In this document: piece after piece, positions 1-14,800 of the stretch | How the letters are laid out: the number at the start of each line of letters is the position of its first letter | Numbering within the stretch: position 1 is the first letter of the stretch | Source of the DNA: Acanthaster planci | Taxonomy: Eukaryota | NCBI RefSeq assembly: GCF_001949145.1 | Contig: NW_019091355.1 | Coordinates: 5,526,517-5,590,516 of the forward strand | DNA: 64,000 bases | Reading direction: 5' to 3' | Notes under the pieces: model-generated | What the model saw: only the letters and a program-made list of their open reading frames with translations | Told to the model about the DNA's origin: nothing | The model's database searches: none | Program-made: the position numbers and the translations under genes

Positions 1-3000
1 CTAATCACCCGCAGCCTGTGATCCGGCCGACCAGCTCATCGAAAAGAGCTGTATAATTACTGTCATTAAGCATAATGGCATCTCCGTGGTAATTATTGAC
101 CACTACCAGAAGGCCAAGTTCACCCATGACCTGCCTTGATAATGGTCCTCCCCCCGAACGGCAAACAGGTTTTTTTTTCTTCAAATACTGGCAAGACGTA
201 TTTTTGGCTCTTGGGTTGCATAGCTGCGAACTGCTGTGACAGATTGAAGCGAGCGGAAACCACGTCGACTCCGCGCGCGCCATATATCAATAACTGAATT
301 TTGGCATTTCATCCCGTAGATGTAACGAATTAAGCGCGGAAGCACCGCATGGTCTCATGCAAGTGTTCCCATCCCGTGGGATTTGGCGTGATGGATTGAC
401 AGCTTGACAGGTCATCAGATACAGTCATGTCATGTAGGGGTTTTGTTCGTCCAGAGCGGCTCGCAGTTCAACGATCGTCAGAAGAAAAAAACACAGATTG
501 ACAGTCCTACAGACACATGAAAATACAACTGACAGTTCGGTGTGACTGACTGATTGACTGTCAAGATACCGCCTGCAAAATGACGGGCCAGCAACAAACA
601 GCAAACGAAAGTAGAAAACTGAACGAAAACACGAAATGAGAGGGATAAGCGAACAGATAAACCACCCAACAAGCCAACACTGAGACCTCACACTTCAAGT
701 AAAATAAAGCCAATCTGAAGAAAACGCCAACCAGTTTATACTAACATAATTATGTTACCCTATCAATACAACTTCCTCCACGATATCCCCCTTTCTTTCG
801 GGAGGGGGGTTTCATTCCACTGACCAGACTTTTGCCACTGCACTTTTTGACACGTCTCTCCGATATTTTCATGTTTTCAAGGGCCATATTTAGACCACGG
901 TGATTCACGATAATGCCCGACCACGCACCCAAAAATGAATGCCTAAAATGTGTCAACTGAGATTCCCTACGGACACCACGTCAGAAAATATTTGGACATC
1001 TTCTGACCGGTCTGATTAGCTTAGAATGTGTGAGATGAGGAAATATCCCATTTTGGGTCTCCCTCCGTTGCTGCTCAAAAATAATTATCAAATTAGGTGG
1101 CTTAGACAGGCAAAGAGTTTGTCAAGGACAGCGCTCATAAAACGTAAACATGACCTTAGATCTTGGAACGGTTACAGTGTTCAAAATACGATTTTGCATG
1201 CAAAAAATAAGCTATGTGTACAGAGCCCAGGTCGTGAAAACATTTGACCTGAAAAGTCGTGTGGTTGTTTGTGGTTTGTTAATTTTGTGTTTGTTTACTT
1301 TTAAGTCGTCTAAAACATTTCGGACAGTTGATCAGAGCTGTTGTCATGATGATTAAAAAAGATAAAAAAAAAGTTCAAATGATGTTAGGCCTAAATGCTA
1401 GATATTCGGCTAACCCGCTAGTTGGTTGAACATGTCATGTCACAAATTATTGTCTAATACAGAAACAGTTTCGGTTCTGACACCCAATGTGTTTTCCCCA
1501 ACCACAGTCTTTGAGTCAGCAATGTGTCTCTATACGTGCGTAGTCCATGGAATTGTATATGATTTAGCAGTACCCCCCCCCCCTTGACAAATTCGACAAC
1601 TCGGGAGAATGCTACGTCTAAATTTTAAGTAGAAACTTTTTGCTTGGTAAACTTCCCCCATCCCTCTCCTAATGAAAAACAAAATGCATGGCGCTGCTAT
1701 TGGGGGAAATCCACAGGTGGAGATTTTTAGTAGCTTTTTGTTTTTCTCGTGTTAATTAACAAATCGAGAAGGGGAGGAGTTGAACAAGGACTTAAGTAGA
1801 TAATTTAGTGCAATTTCAAACTGAAGTCCCAGAAATACAGTCTTTTCCAAGTTGCAATAAGTGAATAACTTCGTGACGTTATTGAACTCGACCCTGATCT
1901 GATACATGACTAAGTCTTGTAATCTTGCATATTTTTCAGTCACGATATCATTTTTTTGTCTATCAAAAGGCAGGATGGTCATATTCTCAATGGAAAGAGC
2001 CTCAGGCCTAATTATTTGAAAGGTTACGGAAGACAGGGGGCGACTTTAAGCACTGCGACCTTGAGACAAAATATGACGAGGTATAGTTGAAGAGTGAAGG
2101 CGGGTGGTTAATAGCTTTGAAAATGCCAACAGAAACGTGGCAAACACGAAAGTGTAATAGGCCGCGGCTTCTTGGGAAAAACTCAGTCACTAATTTGCTT
2201 TAATCAAAAGGAGATGTGTAGTGTGCGGTCTTGCATCATGACCTTCAAGAAAAATGACAGGGCACTCCCGAAAAAAATCATAGCGTTAATGGGCAGAGAC
2301 GGGGAGTGACGGGCGAGAGAAGTGGGGAGGTAGATCGAGGGAGCAAGGCCGAGTCTAGGCCCCCCTCACTCTTGCCCTCGTCCTTGGTCTTCCATCGCCT
2401 TTTAACTGACGTCTGTCAGTCGGCATTTCCTCCCAGAGACATCATCCTAGCAGCAGGGTTTCCTGAGACGGGATATCAGGAGAAGATGGTGGTTATGCGC
2501 TGAGACGGGGGAGAGGACACCGCCTCACACCGGGAGGAACAGTCGGGTAGAGATTGCTACTACAGCCGCAGAGCCTGGTCCACGCGTTGCGTCCCAAGGG
2601 CCCGTCAGGCCTCATTCTGTGTAGTTGCAAAAGTGACGGCTGTAATTTAAAACACTGGGATCTGTCAATTCGGAGCTTCCTGGTTTTGAGGGCAGCTCAA
2701 GACGCCCGGGCCCGGATCCATGTGTGCGAAGTCGGCCAAGTTCAGCTTTACCCCCTCCCCCCAGCCGAGTTTATTATTGATGGGGGAGGGGGGCCCAGCT
2801 CCCCGGACCCCGTGCATCAAGTTCACTTTACCGGCGTGTGAGTAATACCCACCCATTTCGACTGATGGATGTGTGTCATCGAGTGTATTGCAAAAACCTT
2901 GGCGTTGTTCTTCCCCTCGCTTACATTCATTTCCTTGTTTGTACAATAAAACCGAGAAAGAAACGCACAATAATGAGTTGGCAATTTAAAAGGCGCACAC

Positions 3001-3528
3001 CCAAGCGATTGCAGTTGTTCCTTGCCCTACGGCTTCCCTGGAAAGCACTTGTGTAGTCTTGACTAGCGAGCCCAATATCCCTTTCTAAACTCGTTAATTC
3101 TAACGATCCAAGGCACCAGCTTGATTTTACATCAAGATCATATTTCCCCGAGAAAAGTGGCACGTCAGCCACTACGCACCGCTTTAATTTATTGCATGTG
3201 TACAAACAGGTCCGCTAAGGAAATCTTTCACGCCATTGGTTGCAAATCTGACTTCTGTGTTTGTCACGCCAGGCTTGATAACTTTTTGTCGCTCCGTCAA
3301 CTTGGAACCTTGTTAAGGGATGGTGGTTTTGGACATGCCATGACAAGATGTATCAGCCTGAAACCCTCCATCAGCAACCCCTCTCCTCTCGTGATCCTCT
3401 TCTCGTTTGATTCCTAAAGACTTTGAACTGAAGACGGGCTGCCAATAGAGGATCTACTGTGTTCAGCTGGTTTATACTTGCATTTTCACCGAAACACTTG
3501 TGCTGTGTAATGATGTGCATGAGGTGCC

Positions 3529-3812
3529 CAGTAACGTATTCAGCCTTTGGTGTGGGGGGGGTCTAAAGCGAATGCGGCTTCGGGCTTATTTGACATGATG
3601 TTTGGGGAAGAAGAAATATCAAAAGTCTTACGGTCCCGAAATCCCAGCGTTTATTTCATGGTGTTGTTTTCATACATGGTTTTGGTGCTTATATTTGATA
3701 TATGAATATGAAAGTAAAAATTAAATAAATGATAAATAAATAGTAGAATACAAGTAAAAGTGAAAAATCCGGGAGGGGCAAGTTAACCCCCCCCCGGCTG
3801 GATGAGCCACTG
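3529..3812. mobile_element. Old MITE remnant with CAGT.. termini and subterminal G/C runs (hAT-like)
   Basis: Left end cagtaacgtattcagcc versus the reverse complement of the right end cagtggctcatccagcc (12/17 match). There is a G run inside the left end and a C run inside the right end. The TSD is not intact. Confidence 0.45.
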
Positions 3813-6800
3813 TGAGCTGAGGGCCGCGATATCATGTTAAGTCTCAATGCAACAGCCGTCGGTAGATTGACATTTCATTCATTCATTCAACACCTCCGAA
3901 ACTACAGGCACCAACCAGCGGACAACCGTTCCTCGGGTCCTCGGATGCAATAGTTGTGGGGTTGACGCCTTGCCGACCTTGAAGATAACTGAGCTAGAGG
4001 AGCTTTTCCAGCCTCCCAACTACCTCCCTAGCGTAATCTGCCACCTGCGCACGTTTGACGCTTAAAGGGCCGCTGCGGTCCTTACTAATCTTGCCTAATG
4101 TGTGCTGGGAGGACATGATGCAGTTGTGACATAACGCTGTCACAAACGATGTGCGCGCGCGTGCGCACGTAACAAAAGGGTAATCTTAGCACGGGTTAAT
4201 TTAAGCCCGTGACAAAATAGCTGTGAAGTTGGAGCTTCCCAAGGACCATTTGTTTTCCGGTCTTTGCACTATTGGTCAGCCACCAGACTGTGAGATCCCG
4301 TTTTACAGAGACAGATATCTCATACCTCATGAGACTAATTGGATAGTTATTATTTGTAGAAGGATCCGCTGTTTTGTTTAAGTTTATCACAAAATTAATA
4401 TCTCTGACCCTGACTCATTTCCACTCACTATTGTTTTGTGACAATAATGCTCAGACGAGCTTTGTTAATAATCATTAAGGCTACGTTTGAATGTCATTTT
4501 ATTTTGTTTTTTTATTCACGTTTGATCTGGGAAAGAAAATGTTTAATTCAACCAAGCAGTATATACCGTTCTCTGTATATAGGAAATCAAACTTGACATA
4601 GGAAGGCAAGCGGTCTCGACGGAAAGGCGTTGAGCGCTTATAAAAACGGGGTCATGTGTTGGAGTCTTGGCACTGATGTATTATACGTTAGTACATACAT
4701 TTGCTGTTATTTGATTGAGTGAAATAATGTAGCACTGTCTGGACTCATCTCTGGCAAAATTGTTCTGGACAAAATTCAGCGCAAGCTTTGTCAAAGTGAT
4801 GAAATTCCTTTTATAATATCGTGAGTTCCATTGCGTGACCGTGCGGTGAATGGAGCGTAGCTTCTCTTTAACAGGCTTAATAGTTGACTGGTCTTCATCG
4901 CTTGTCGTCAAGCATCGGCCGCCACTCATCTTCGACTGAGATGAGGGGTGTAATTAAACATGAAGGAGCCCTACACGCTGGGGCGTTCATTAATAATTGG
5001 CGAGCGGCTGAACTTGGCAACCGTCTCGAGGGACTGGAAGGGTCCGGTGTAGCAAGGCATCACGATCTGTGACGCCAGCGATGCACGTTCGGCCCCGTTT
5101 CCACTGTTGATCAGCTGAGTAAGGCATGCTGGAAATCTTCCCAAATTGGGAGATGTCGCTTCCCAGACTTCAGCCTCAGGCTCCAGCTGGAGAAGGTTGA
5201 AAGTTTCAAAACTGGTGTTACCACAATGAAACTGTTGCTTACCCGAACTCTAAAACCTGCCCTTGAACCCGGGCCCCGTCATCGTATTTTGCCCTCCTGT
5301 TTTGTACTCTTATCAAAACCAGTAAAACTGTGCGTTGTAAAAGACATAATTATGCTCGTTTTTGTAGAAAACTCGAGACTTTGGATCTGCGATGGCATTT
5401 AGATTTGCCATAATAATTAGAAAGAGCTACATCATAGGACAAGAAAAAAGTCTTGCAGATAAAGATGAAGTGTCTAAAATGTCAGGATTCAGAGGTTTAT
5501 CACTTAGATATCGCAAGTTCGTTAGTATGATGAGATAGTACTGAGTACCGAATGTGACGTCATTTTCAACCAGGAAGTGTAGTGCAAATGAAAGGAGTAC
5601 GCGCGCGTGTTGGTTCACACACTGGTTCTCTCGTAATGCCTTTTACCCACGTAAGTGTGTGCGTGACGTATTCACTTCTGTGCTCTGTAGCTAACTACAT
5701 AGCCTGCAGTTTGACAAAAATTGTATCAAGATAGCGTCATTTTATGCCCCTCTTATTGCAGACACCGTGTAAAAACGTTAATAGAAGAGCTTATATTTTT
5801 AGGTATGGTCAGGTATTCATTCAAAGAAACACAAAATACAAGCGCCCCAACAAATCCCTCAACTGACCCTAACTACACATCCCACCGGCCAGATGGTTCC
5901 TCTACACAGGCACATGCACAAAGCTAGGAGAAAGTGTGTGCGTTACATGGTTCTTGACTGGCTCGCTGCTCCAAAAAAGTGATTTGGAATGAATTTAAGC
6001 CCAATAGTTGCCGCTCCCTAACGACAGCCCAAGTCGTGTTGCCATTTTCGGTCGTGAACTCTGTCCACCTAACCCGACTTCTTCTGCAGCCGTCAGTATC
6101 GTTTCTATTTTCTTCGGAAGGGGTGAATGAATCATTACTTGAGAAGTCGACGAATCAATCATCTTCACAGCATTTCCCGAGCATGTGAAAGCAATTTTAA
6201 GTACCTGAAAAAACCCCTCGCCTAGTGACATTCATATGACATATTAATAACAGCTCATACCACTCGGCGTTAGAAGCACATATAATTATGCCCTTTCTCG
6301 TTCGCAGCCCGAGACTGCCCGTCCATTAGACGAGCTGACTCCATCTTTACGTATTAAGTTTGCTCCAAGGCGCTCAGAATTCATTTTCCCCCTTCTCTGG
6401 CCCTCCCTTGTCCATCGGACTTTTTCGGCTGAATGATTCCCGGGGAACCTCCTTGCCCCGTGCGATGTCCGATGGAAGCGGCCATGCACGATGCCGACTC
6501 AGTCGTGTTGGTCGACTGCATGTAGGCGTATGCGCGGCCGGCTGAGTGATTTTGCTTGAAGACGGCTGGGCGCTTTGGCCGCATGGCGACTGTGTCTGCT
6601 CATATGCTCGCTGACCGTATAAACCTCGTAATCACTGACCATAGTTTTCAACATGAATTAAGTGCTTCGAGTGCAGGTTCAGTTGGAGCGCGTGGGAGAG
6701 ATAATCTCATCCAAGTAGAGAACTCGGAGATTCTCGAAAGTAAGTCAGTTAAGTGTTCCATGGCACTAGGAATGCCTGCTTGTGAATAATAACCCCTCAA

Positions 6801-8817
6801 TATCCTGTTATTTCATCTGTAAAGTATACCACCACAGACTATGGTCTATGACTGCAAACAATCTCATTTTAAGAGCTAAAAACTTTTTAGACTTTTCTGC
6901 ACATTTGTTTCTATCGTTTATCTAGCTCAGTTGTTGGGACCAGTGCTAAGGCTATAAACCATTGTGCCTTTGCAGTAGGCCTACAGGGCCTATATGTACT
7001 TACTGACGGGATGTACCAGCCTTGGTAAGATGGTCGGTTCAAGGTTTCAAGAAAAACATTACTACATAATTATCTCCCCTGTAGGTGTTTTTGATTCTCT
7101 GTCGCTTCTGTACACGGTTAGGTGTTTTCTGATTGGAGGAAGCTCCACCAATAGCGTATTTCCAGCTATCAATCTTAAGTCTAGTATCGAGACGTATGGT
7201 TGGTCTCTTCCTGAGCATGTGCAGTGCAAACCGGTATCTGTACCAAAGGATATTTGTTGTTATACGTGTAAAACTTGGTAATAAGTCGCAATGAATTAGC
7301 ACACGAAAAAACGAAGTTGTTGACTGATGAGTGTGCCTTTATATGCAACTTGCCTTTCTTCGATAATATTGGCTTTATGCGAAAACGTGGATCATTGATA
7401 TCGCTTTCTGGCGTCGTGGCCAACGCACTTTTTCGCTTTTGAATTTCTGAAAATGCACACAAAAACTTGTTTACTGCCGTTCTGTCGGAAATCCACTTAT
7501 CTTACACCAACACAGTCCCTGGCAGATGGTTGCCTATAAATCATTCATTATTATGCGGATGTCCCGGCCATCGAAAATACTCATCAGTTTGCCACACACC
7601 GTGGCGTTTCATTCAAGCTGTCAAAAATGGCGCATCACTGTCGCCACTGTCATAGTTCGCCGTGCAGGCCGGCCTTTTCACAGCAGCCCGCGGGGTCACT
7701 ACGCATGACCGATTGCGCCTCCCATTGCCTTCATCCCCAGAGTTTCAGTCGCGCTGACGCGCGGCCCTCTTTTGTTGGAATTTGCTGCCCCTTAGTGACT
7801 AAACTTTACATGCCCAGCCGATCAAAGTGGACCGCCTCAACGCATCGTTATACCGCCTGTGCTCAACGCTCTACAGCCTTATACTTCCAATACCAAAGGG
7901 GTGGGAGTCTTTTTCTGGTTGGTTGTAAAATAGGAACAAAAGGATATTGTGAGAACATGAGCGGTGGAAGTATATGTTTAGTGTTTTTGTGGTAATCGTT
8001 TCCTGTGGGTGCACTTTTGGAGCCAGCCCGAGGCAGTTCTAGTCATAAACGATATTTGACAGAAATATTTCCTCAAAATGGCATGGTCTATTTCGTGCTT
8101 CTGTTTCACAGTCCTTTGTTGTTATTGTAAGATACATATTTTTTACTCTTTCTTTATTCATATTTATTTCAAATCCAAAGTACACTGGCCCAGGCTGGTT
8201 TAACACTGCCCAACTAGTGTTCCTGGCTTGCTGTGCTTTCCCTCCAAATTTGATGATGCTTGAAAATGTTCAAATGTACCTCCGAAAAATACGAGCTACA
8301 AAAAATTTAAAGAGGAAAAGTCGGCATGTGATAAACTAATTACAATTTGTATGGAGGGCCTGTCATGTAATTCGTTTCGTGCTCTCAACTCAGCGTCGTA
8401 ATTTTTAATCAGCCTGGACTCTGTAATCGTAATGTGATTAGCGAAGAACGAGAATTTCGAGCGATGGGGGAAACCAACGCTATTCAAGGGCCGGCAGCAA
8501 AAGGCAGGCAGCGTTAAGCCAGTAGAACACGCTATTGCTACTCAACATTACCTAAGAACAAAGAAGTAGGCATTGGCTGTCATAACTCTTTGCTTGAATC
8601 GGGCTCCTTTTATCTCGTGATCATCAAAAGCAAGATCGACGCCACGTCTTTTATTTTAGTCATTCTTTTCATTTCACTTATTGAAAAATCTTTAAGCTTT
8701 ATGATTCGTTTGGCCTTCAACACATTGTGTATACCTGCAACCCTCAGTCTATCTGGGCAGACTTGTTTTCATAATCTCTCATCTGTTCACTTAAAGTTTC
8801 TTTGAAATACTTCATTT

Positions 8818-8875
8818 CGGTGGAGTATCCAGCGGGAGAGGGGGAGGGGGAACAACTTGCCCCCCCCCCCTGACA
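8818..8875 (+). mobile_element. Terminus of the same old MITE family as 3529-3812
   Basis: cggtggagtatccagc-(G run)-aacttgcccc aligns with the reverse complement of about 3775-3812 (cagtggctcatccagc-(G run)-aacttgcccc). Confidence 0.45.
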
Positions 8876-11800
8876 GGTTTTTTAAAATCAAATGTTAAAA
8901 ATCTATTTTTGAATCAAATATTAGCACCAAAATCCTATGAAGGCAACACCACGAAATAAAAGTAAGGATGTGGGGACTGTGTGTGGGCAAGGCTTTTGAT
9001 ATTTTTCTCCTTGGACATCATGTCGAATAAGAACGAGGCTGTTGTTTCCTGACGATTTTTTTTTACTATAGAATACCTTTTAGATGAGTGGGAAAAAGGT
9101 AATCGGTATATTTATTTATCAAATAAATAGGCTTTTGATATTCCCCCCCCCATTATCATGTTGAATGAGCCCGAAGCCGCTTTAAATCCCTTTGAAAAAA
9201 ATCCTCCAGAACCACGATTGTAGCTTTTTTTAAAGTAAGTTTCCCAGCGTGTTGTGTAAAAACGAACTTTTGTGTACTGGACATTCGGAGGCCGATCTCT
9301 TTCCTTCGATCGATGAAAACGCCTTCGGGTACCAATGAGCCCACAGGTACACCAGCCATTGAAAAGGTCTGTGTCATCCGTTGTATCGATTGCACTTCCG
9401 GGTAAGGGACCAGCGAGCTTTCCTTCCTCATTGATCGGCGGCGCGGGCTTTATGTAAATATGTAATACACACCCACTGCCGGGAGAGAAGTGGATCTATA
9501 TCGCATATGCCTAAACCGTGCATCAGTGCCAAATTCGAAATTTCTGGAATTTCACGAAAGCATTAATTTAAAAAGTCCACATTATGAATAACTGTTATTT
9601 TGTATAGGGATTATGCTCATCATGTCACTGTTTTCGCTTATTCAGTGCAAATACAAAACTCTGATATCGAACAGAGCCGTTGCTTCGTTTTATGCAGTCA
9701 AGTGGAACACATGGTTTACCCATGGAACAGTAAAAACACGATCCAAAATCTCGACGTATTTCTCCTTGTGACCGAGACACTGTTGCAGTCATGTCACCGG
9801 GTGAGTTTATCGTTTTTTGTTTTCTCACGGTGTGTCATTTTCCTCCTATTTTAAGGGGCATTCGCATATCGGATAGGAGTTCGACAAAGCTGGGAAATCC
9901 AGGGCCTATGTATTTTCGGGAAGATATGCGTTTTAGACTTTAGAGAGAGTCGAGACGGATTTACCGTGCTACATTTGGACTAAAAAATGTCATGAAAATG
10001 CCAAACCGTAAAAAAGGCGTGTCCTATCCTTTTGGGGGATGCGTTGACATAACACGGGAAAAATAAGAGGACCATTAAGGTTTGCATCTTCTATATTCAG
10101 AAATCCTAAAATCATGTGGCTTAAATGGGGTCAAGACCTCCGAGCGTCCGATGGAGTATGGAAGTCGGACTGTAATATCATGCAAAACTGGTTGGAGTTT
10201 GCGGCCCCGACACAGAAATCGATACAGCGAACACCAGTGAGATGAAACTAGTGAAGACATAATATTGGGACCAAGGCACCATCCCCGTGCAGCCGACCGC
10301 GCTGGATTCTTCATTATGAGCTGGACTCGTCAGCGGGCACAAGAATTCCGCCTTTGAAAAGTCCGCCAGCCGCGCAGCGGAGCGGCCCAGAAAAAAATCC
10401 ACCCTGATGAATGCCTCCATTCGCCCGGACTGTCAGCCGGATTTGCCTCGCGCGTCGGCCGGCTTAAGGACAAATCGAAGGCACCGGCAAAATAATTGGA
10501 GAAAAGGCCGCTGGCCATCAAGCAGAGATGGAAAGCCGTCAGATCTGAAGACAAAGTTTGGCCCAGTTCATAAAAAAAAGGAAAATACAAAATATTTGTT
10601 GGAAAAGACTAATTAGAGAGAATTGACATTCAGCGTCCAGATGTTTCTGATGGATTCAGATAATCATTTCGGTCACAGTTTTTATGATATTAACGATATT
10701 GACTGTTCATAAGAGAGAAAAATAGTTAAGGTGATCATAAATCATATTGTAACTGCGCCTGAACATCGATCGGTGCCGGCTAAATTGTATGAAGTTAGAC
10801 AAAACTGGCAACTGATCAAAAATACACTCTTCCCATTTCTTGCGTCGAGCGTGGTTTCTGCAACCGTCAAACTCGCCTAGACCTATACAGAATATATTAA
10901 CAAAGAACAGGCCAGCTAATAACAAACATAAATTTTGGCACTCTTCATACTTCAAGCATCCGTAGTTTCGTCTTCAACTTCTACCATTCTGAAATAAAAA
11001 AAGACAGCCTCGGTAGTCGCTCCACAGCAAATTATTGTTCAGATTTTTCGAGCCTTTAAAGCATTTATAGCTTAATCATTAAGACGTCTAGGTTTCAACA
11101 AGATTCTTCCATGTTTTGCTGCATCTTAATTTAATTTCTGTTCTTGTAAATTCCAAAGGCGATGTACTGCTTGTCTAACAGTGGTCAGACCCCAAACTTC
11201 TTCTGCCAGACTTTCCTGTCAGATATGTATTTCCCTTTTCATTTTGTAATCAAGCAGTTTAATGGCCAGTCTATCTGGACCGCTCTCGCAAATCTATCTC
11301 CCCTCATAAATGAATGCCCGAAGCTCTACCACACCGCATTTTTTTTTTATTTCAAAAATAAATTTGTCAAATTTGACGCGATGTTTTTTTTCCAATTAAC
11401 CCCGCTGCCTCGGGTCAGGCATGGCATGTTTCCACCCGCCGCCCCCTCACGATTCCACATAGTTGTCACCTTTGAAAGCTTTTTTTTTATTCACTAGTTT
11501 TTCAAGACGCTTCCTTTTTTATTGGTTTGTTACGGTTGCAGCCGGGGAAAATAATACGGTCGTCCTTTTCAAATTGCCTTGGCTTGTCATCTTTCCGGGA
11601 TCCGGCGGCAAGATCTCGGTTCCTACAGTCGAAAAAAAAAAAGCCCAGAAAAACGCACATCGTCCAGTGGAAAAGGTCACATCTCTAATCTCTCGTCTAT
11701 ATCGCACTTAATAAAAGCGAAATATCCAAAAACAAAATCAGGAAAAAACAACGCAGGAGACAAACAACCGAGATGAAGAGAAAATTTCATCGATGACACG

Positions 11801-14800
11801 AGATTGAATAAAAGGTGTTGCAATCCTACAGCCGCCGAAGTGGAAGAAATTCCTGCCGTTTCATCCGGAGAATGGAGATATGTCAAACGCTCGGCTTGTT
11901 TCAGAAAGCCATAGAGTTCTCATAACTGGGGGAAAGCAAGACAGGCGAAAAAAAGGCATGAAAAGCAGAATTAGGGGGGAAGCGGTTCGGTTGGCTTGTT
12001 GGTCAAGGTGATTGGGCATTGGGACCTTTTTCTAAATTGTGCGCTTATGTGCCGACATCTGGTCTTCCCGCGTAGCCCCAATCTAGCAAAACGCAAGCGT
12101 GATTTACAGTATCTCCGCTGTAAATTAAGGGCCGACACTATGTTCGACCAAGGGTCCGGTGAGAGAAATATAGGTTGTCTATTGAATTTTGGTGCGCTTG
12201 ATTTTAACCTGGTGACCGCAAGAGACACCTTTTGACTAAACGGTCTACGTTGCATACATGATTCTCATCTGTCATAACCATCTTTTGAAGTATGAGACAC
12301 AGAACTGTATTGGGGACTTCTGTGTTACACAGGGGTACAGACTCAATACGAATTTCATGTAGTCAACGCCTGATACCGGCGGTATATTTGCCGTCTCTTT
12401 CAGATCAGAGACTGAGAGCAGTAATATCTTGTTACAAGCTTCGCATACCCTCGCCATATAGGGCTTACACGCTTTTGTCATGGAACCAACCAAGGCGTAT
12501 AATTATTGTATGTAATACGCGTGTCGTTCTTCAGTCTGTTCAAGGTTTCGCACCTGGATGAGCAATCTTGCGGCTATGGCTCTAGGTTTTACCATTGGCA
12601 GTCAATGGCCGTAGCCGTTGACAAAATGCGTTTTTCCCAAAAGGCTGTGCGTGTCCCATGAACGCTTTAGCCGCGTAGGACCCACTGAGACCCGAATTTA
12701 TCTTTCAACCCCCATAAAAATTCTATTCATAACCTAGTTTCATTCAACAACGCCTATTGGACTATTGCTAGACAAGGATCTACTAGCTTGGTAGCTCCGT
12801 ACAATTGGACCATATTTCAAACACGAAAGTAACATCCAGACCCCTGGAGTGGCACTTTAAACCGAGTAATTCACTCGCCGAAGTGGGGAGACCGTCTATC
12901 GACCACATTTCACGTCCCGTGGATGGCCCTCGTGTCTTCCTTTGCTCCGTTGTTGTCCGGGGTCTCCCTATCAGTTCGGCGGGCGGTCATTAATAACGGC
13001 AGCTATCGCAACCCACCCTCCGCCTGGCTTCGCCTTTGATACCCAGGCATGGCCCATCATCTGGCCTCATTACGGGAAACAAATTGCCCTAATGAGCTTA
13101 TTGGCATGCCCGGACTGTCCCGCTAAACCCACACGCTCAACACTTTGGACTCATTGTCTGCCATTAATCACGCATCAAGCCCAACCCAAGACTATTGCCT
13201 GCTATTGTTTATCATCATGGTATAACTATTCCGCCATCCATTAAGGATATTCCCCCCCCCCTCCGCTGATTACCGCTGCCACCTCGGAGAAGAAGAATTT
13301 AATTTGTCCAGTTATTTTGTCACCCCCCCCCCGCTGGGGTTATCAAAATTTTGGTCAGATCGTAGTGCTTCTGTAACAGTAGTCAGTAACAAAAGCCTAT
13401 AAATACCTCCTGACTTTTTGGAAATCTACAATGACGTCTTCAGTCATTGGATTTATAGCGGCCCCCTTTTAAAAGCTGTTATTGCGAAGTACAAATAGAT
13501 AACAAGTCGGAATTGCAAGACAAACAACGCAATTAAAACGATAAGGGCTTTACAAGATAAACACTAGGGGGTCTTGGGGCAAAATGAATGGTTTCAAGTA
13601 CAATATTTTGGGCCGGTTTTTGTATCGCTGCTCTGATCACATTTGTCTTTTGCTGACCAAGTAACCCCAACCCAGTGCATGCTTTAACCAGGTATGAAAT
13701 GAGTCGGCAATTGCTAATGCTTTATTATTAATTACATGCCAAAACGATCAAAAAATGGAGGAAATTAAATATCAAAGTACTTGTATTTTACGTGTAATAA
13801 GCTGATAAGGTAGGATATGTTGACCTTTGGCCGTGTATAGCACGATTCGGCGGGGTGATCTTCTTAAACGGACACGGCTAATGAAAGGAAATGGATATGC
13901 AATCGTTGTCTGTACTTTGTACAATAGAGTTTGTTTGTCTGTTGTTCGCTACTCCAATATCCACCTGTCCATTATGGCTGGCGACCTTGCGCCCATGTCG
14001 AAAGCTTTTAAAATCGATTTTGTTTCAGAGCCCAAGTGATTGATGGTGTTTTTGTAGTCAGCAAAATTTAAGGGTATTGTAAGTTACAGGAAAATGTATT
14101 GGATAACAAAAGTTTGTAACCAAATGCTGGTGATATTCCGCAGAAGTTGTGGACGGAGTGACTTTGATCAGGGAGAGCGTGGGGCGCTGTCACTTAGGCG
14201 AATTCTCAACCGCCACTCGCGTGTTATCGCAACTTGTGCGATTATTAAATCATGCACGAATAGCCAGCCTTTTGTCGGTGAAAATTTCTCAATAAAAAGA
14301 TCGCAAAGATAACACTGCATTCACCTGTCCTTGTCCGACAAACCCCCGTACCTGCAATCCGCGGGTTGATAATAATACCCCCCTACACCGGCTACAAAAT
14401 CTCTTTCAGTCCCCGGCGAGAATTAACTCGGTCTTGCCCCAGGTTTCTCGGCCGGCTCCCGGCTACGAGATCTTATCGATACTTTTTGTCCCGTGTTGAG
14501 TGCAGCCTATAGATCGGAGCGAACTTGCAAACAATCCCCCGCTTCTATTGTGGATATGGCGGACGGACTTTAATATGGAGCACGAATCGGCGATAACTCC
14601 GATCCCCCCCCCACTCCCGTTTGATGGAGTTACACTGACGCAGGTGAAAGGGTGAGGATGTCCAACCCGAAATTGAAGAAGCGATCATTGTGAGTGTGTC
14701 TCATCGCATCCCAGGCTCCTGATGTCATGGGTTAGTGAACTAGGAAAGATGATCAATCTAAAAAAAAGATTTTGCCGGGAAACAATATGGGCCTCACAAC

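Noticed and set aside
9600..9854. RCFVL peptide resembling a stretch of LRMDA, the vertebrate ZNF503 neighbour
   Set aside because: The similarity does not extend beyond five residues and there are no matching exon boundaries.
9859..10042. Possible degenerate TIR pair gcat-N9-ggatagga / tcctatcc-N9-atgc
   Set aside because: The match is too short and there is no TSD, so it cannot be told from chance.
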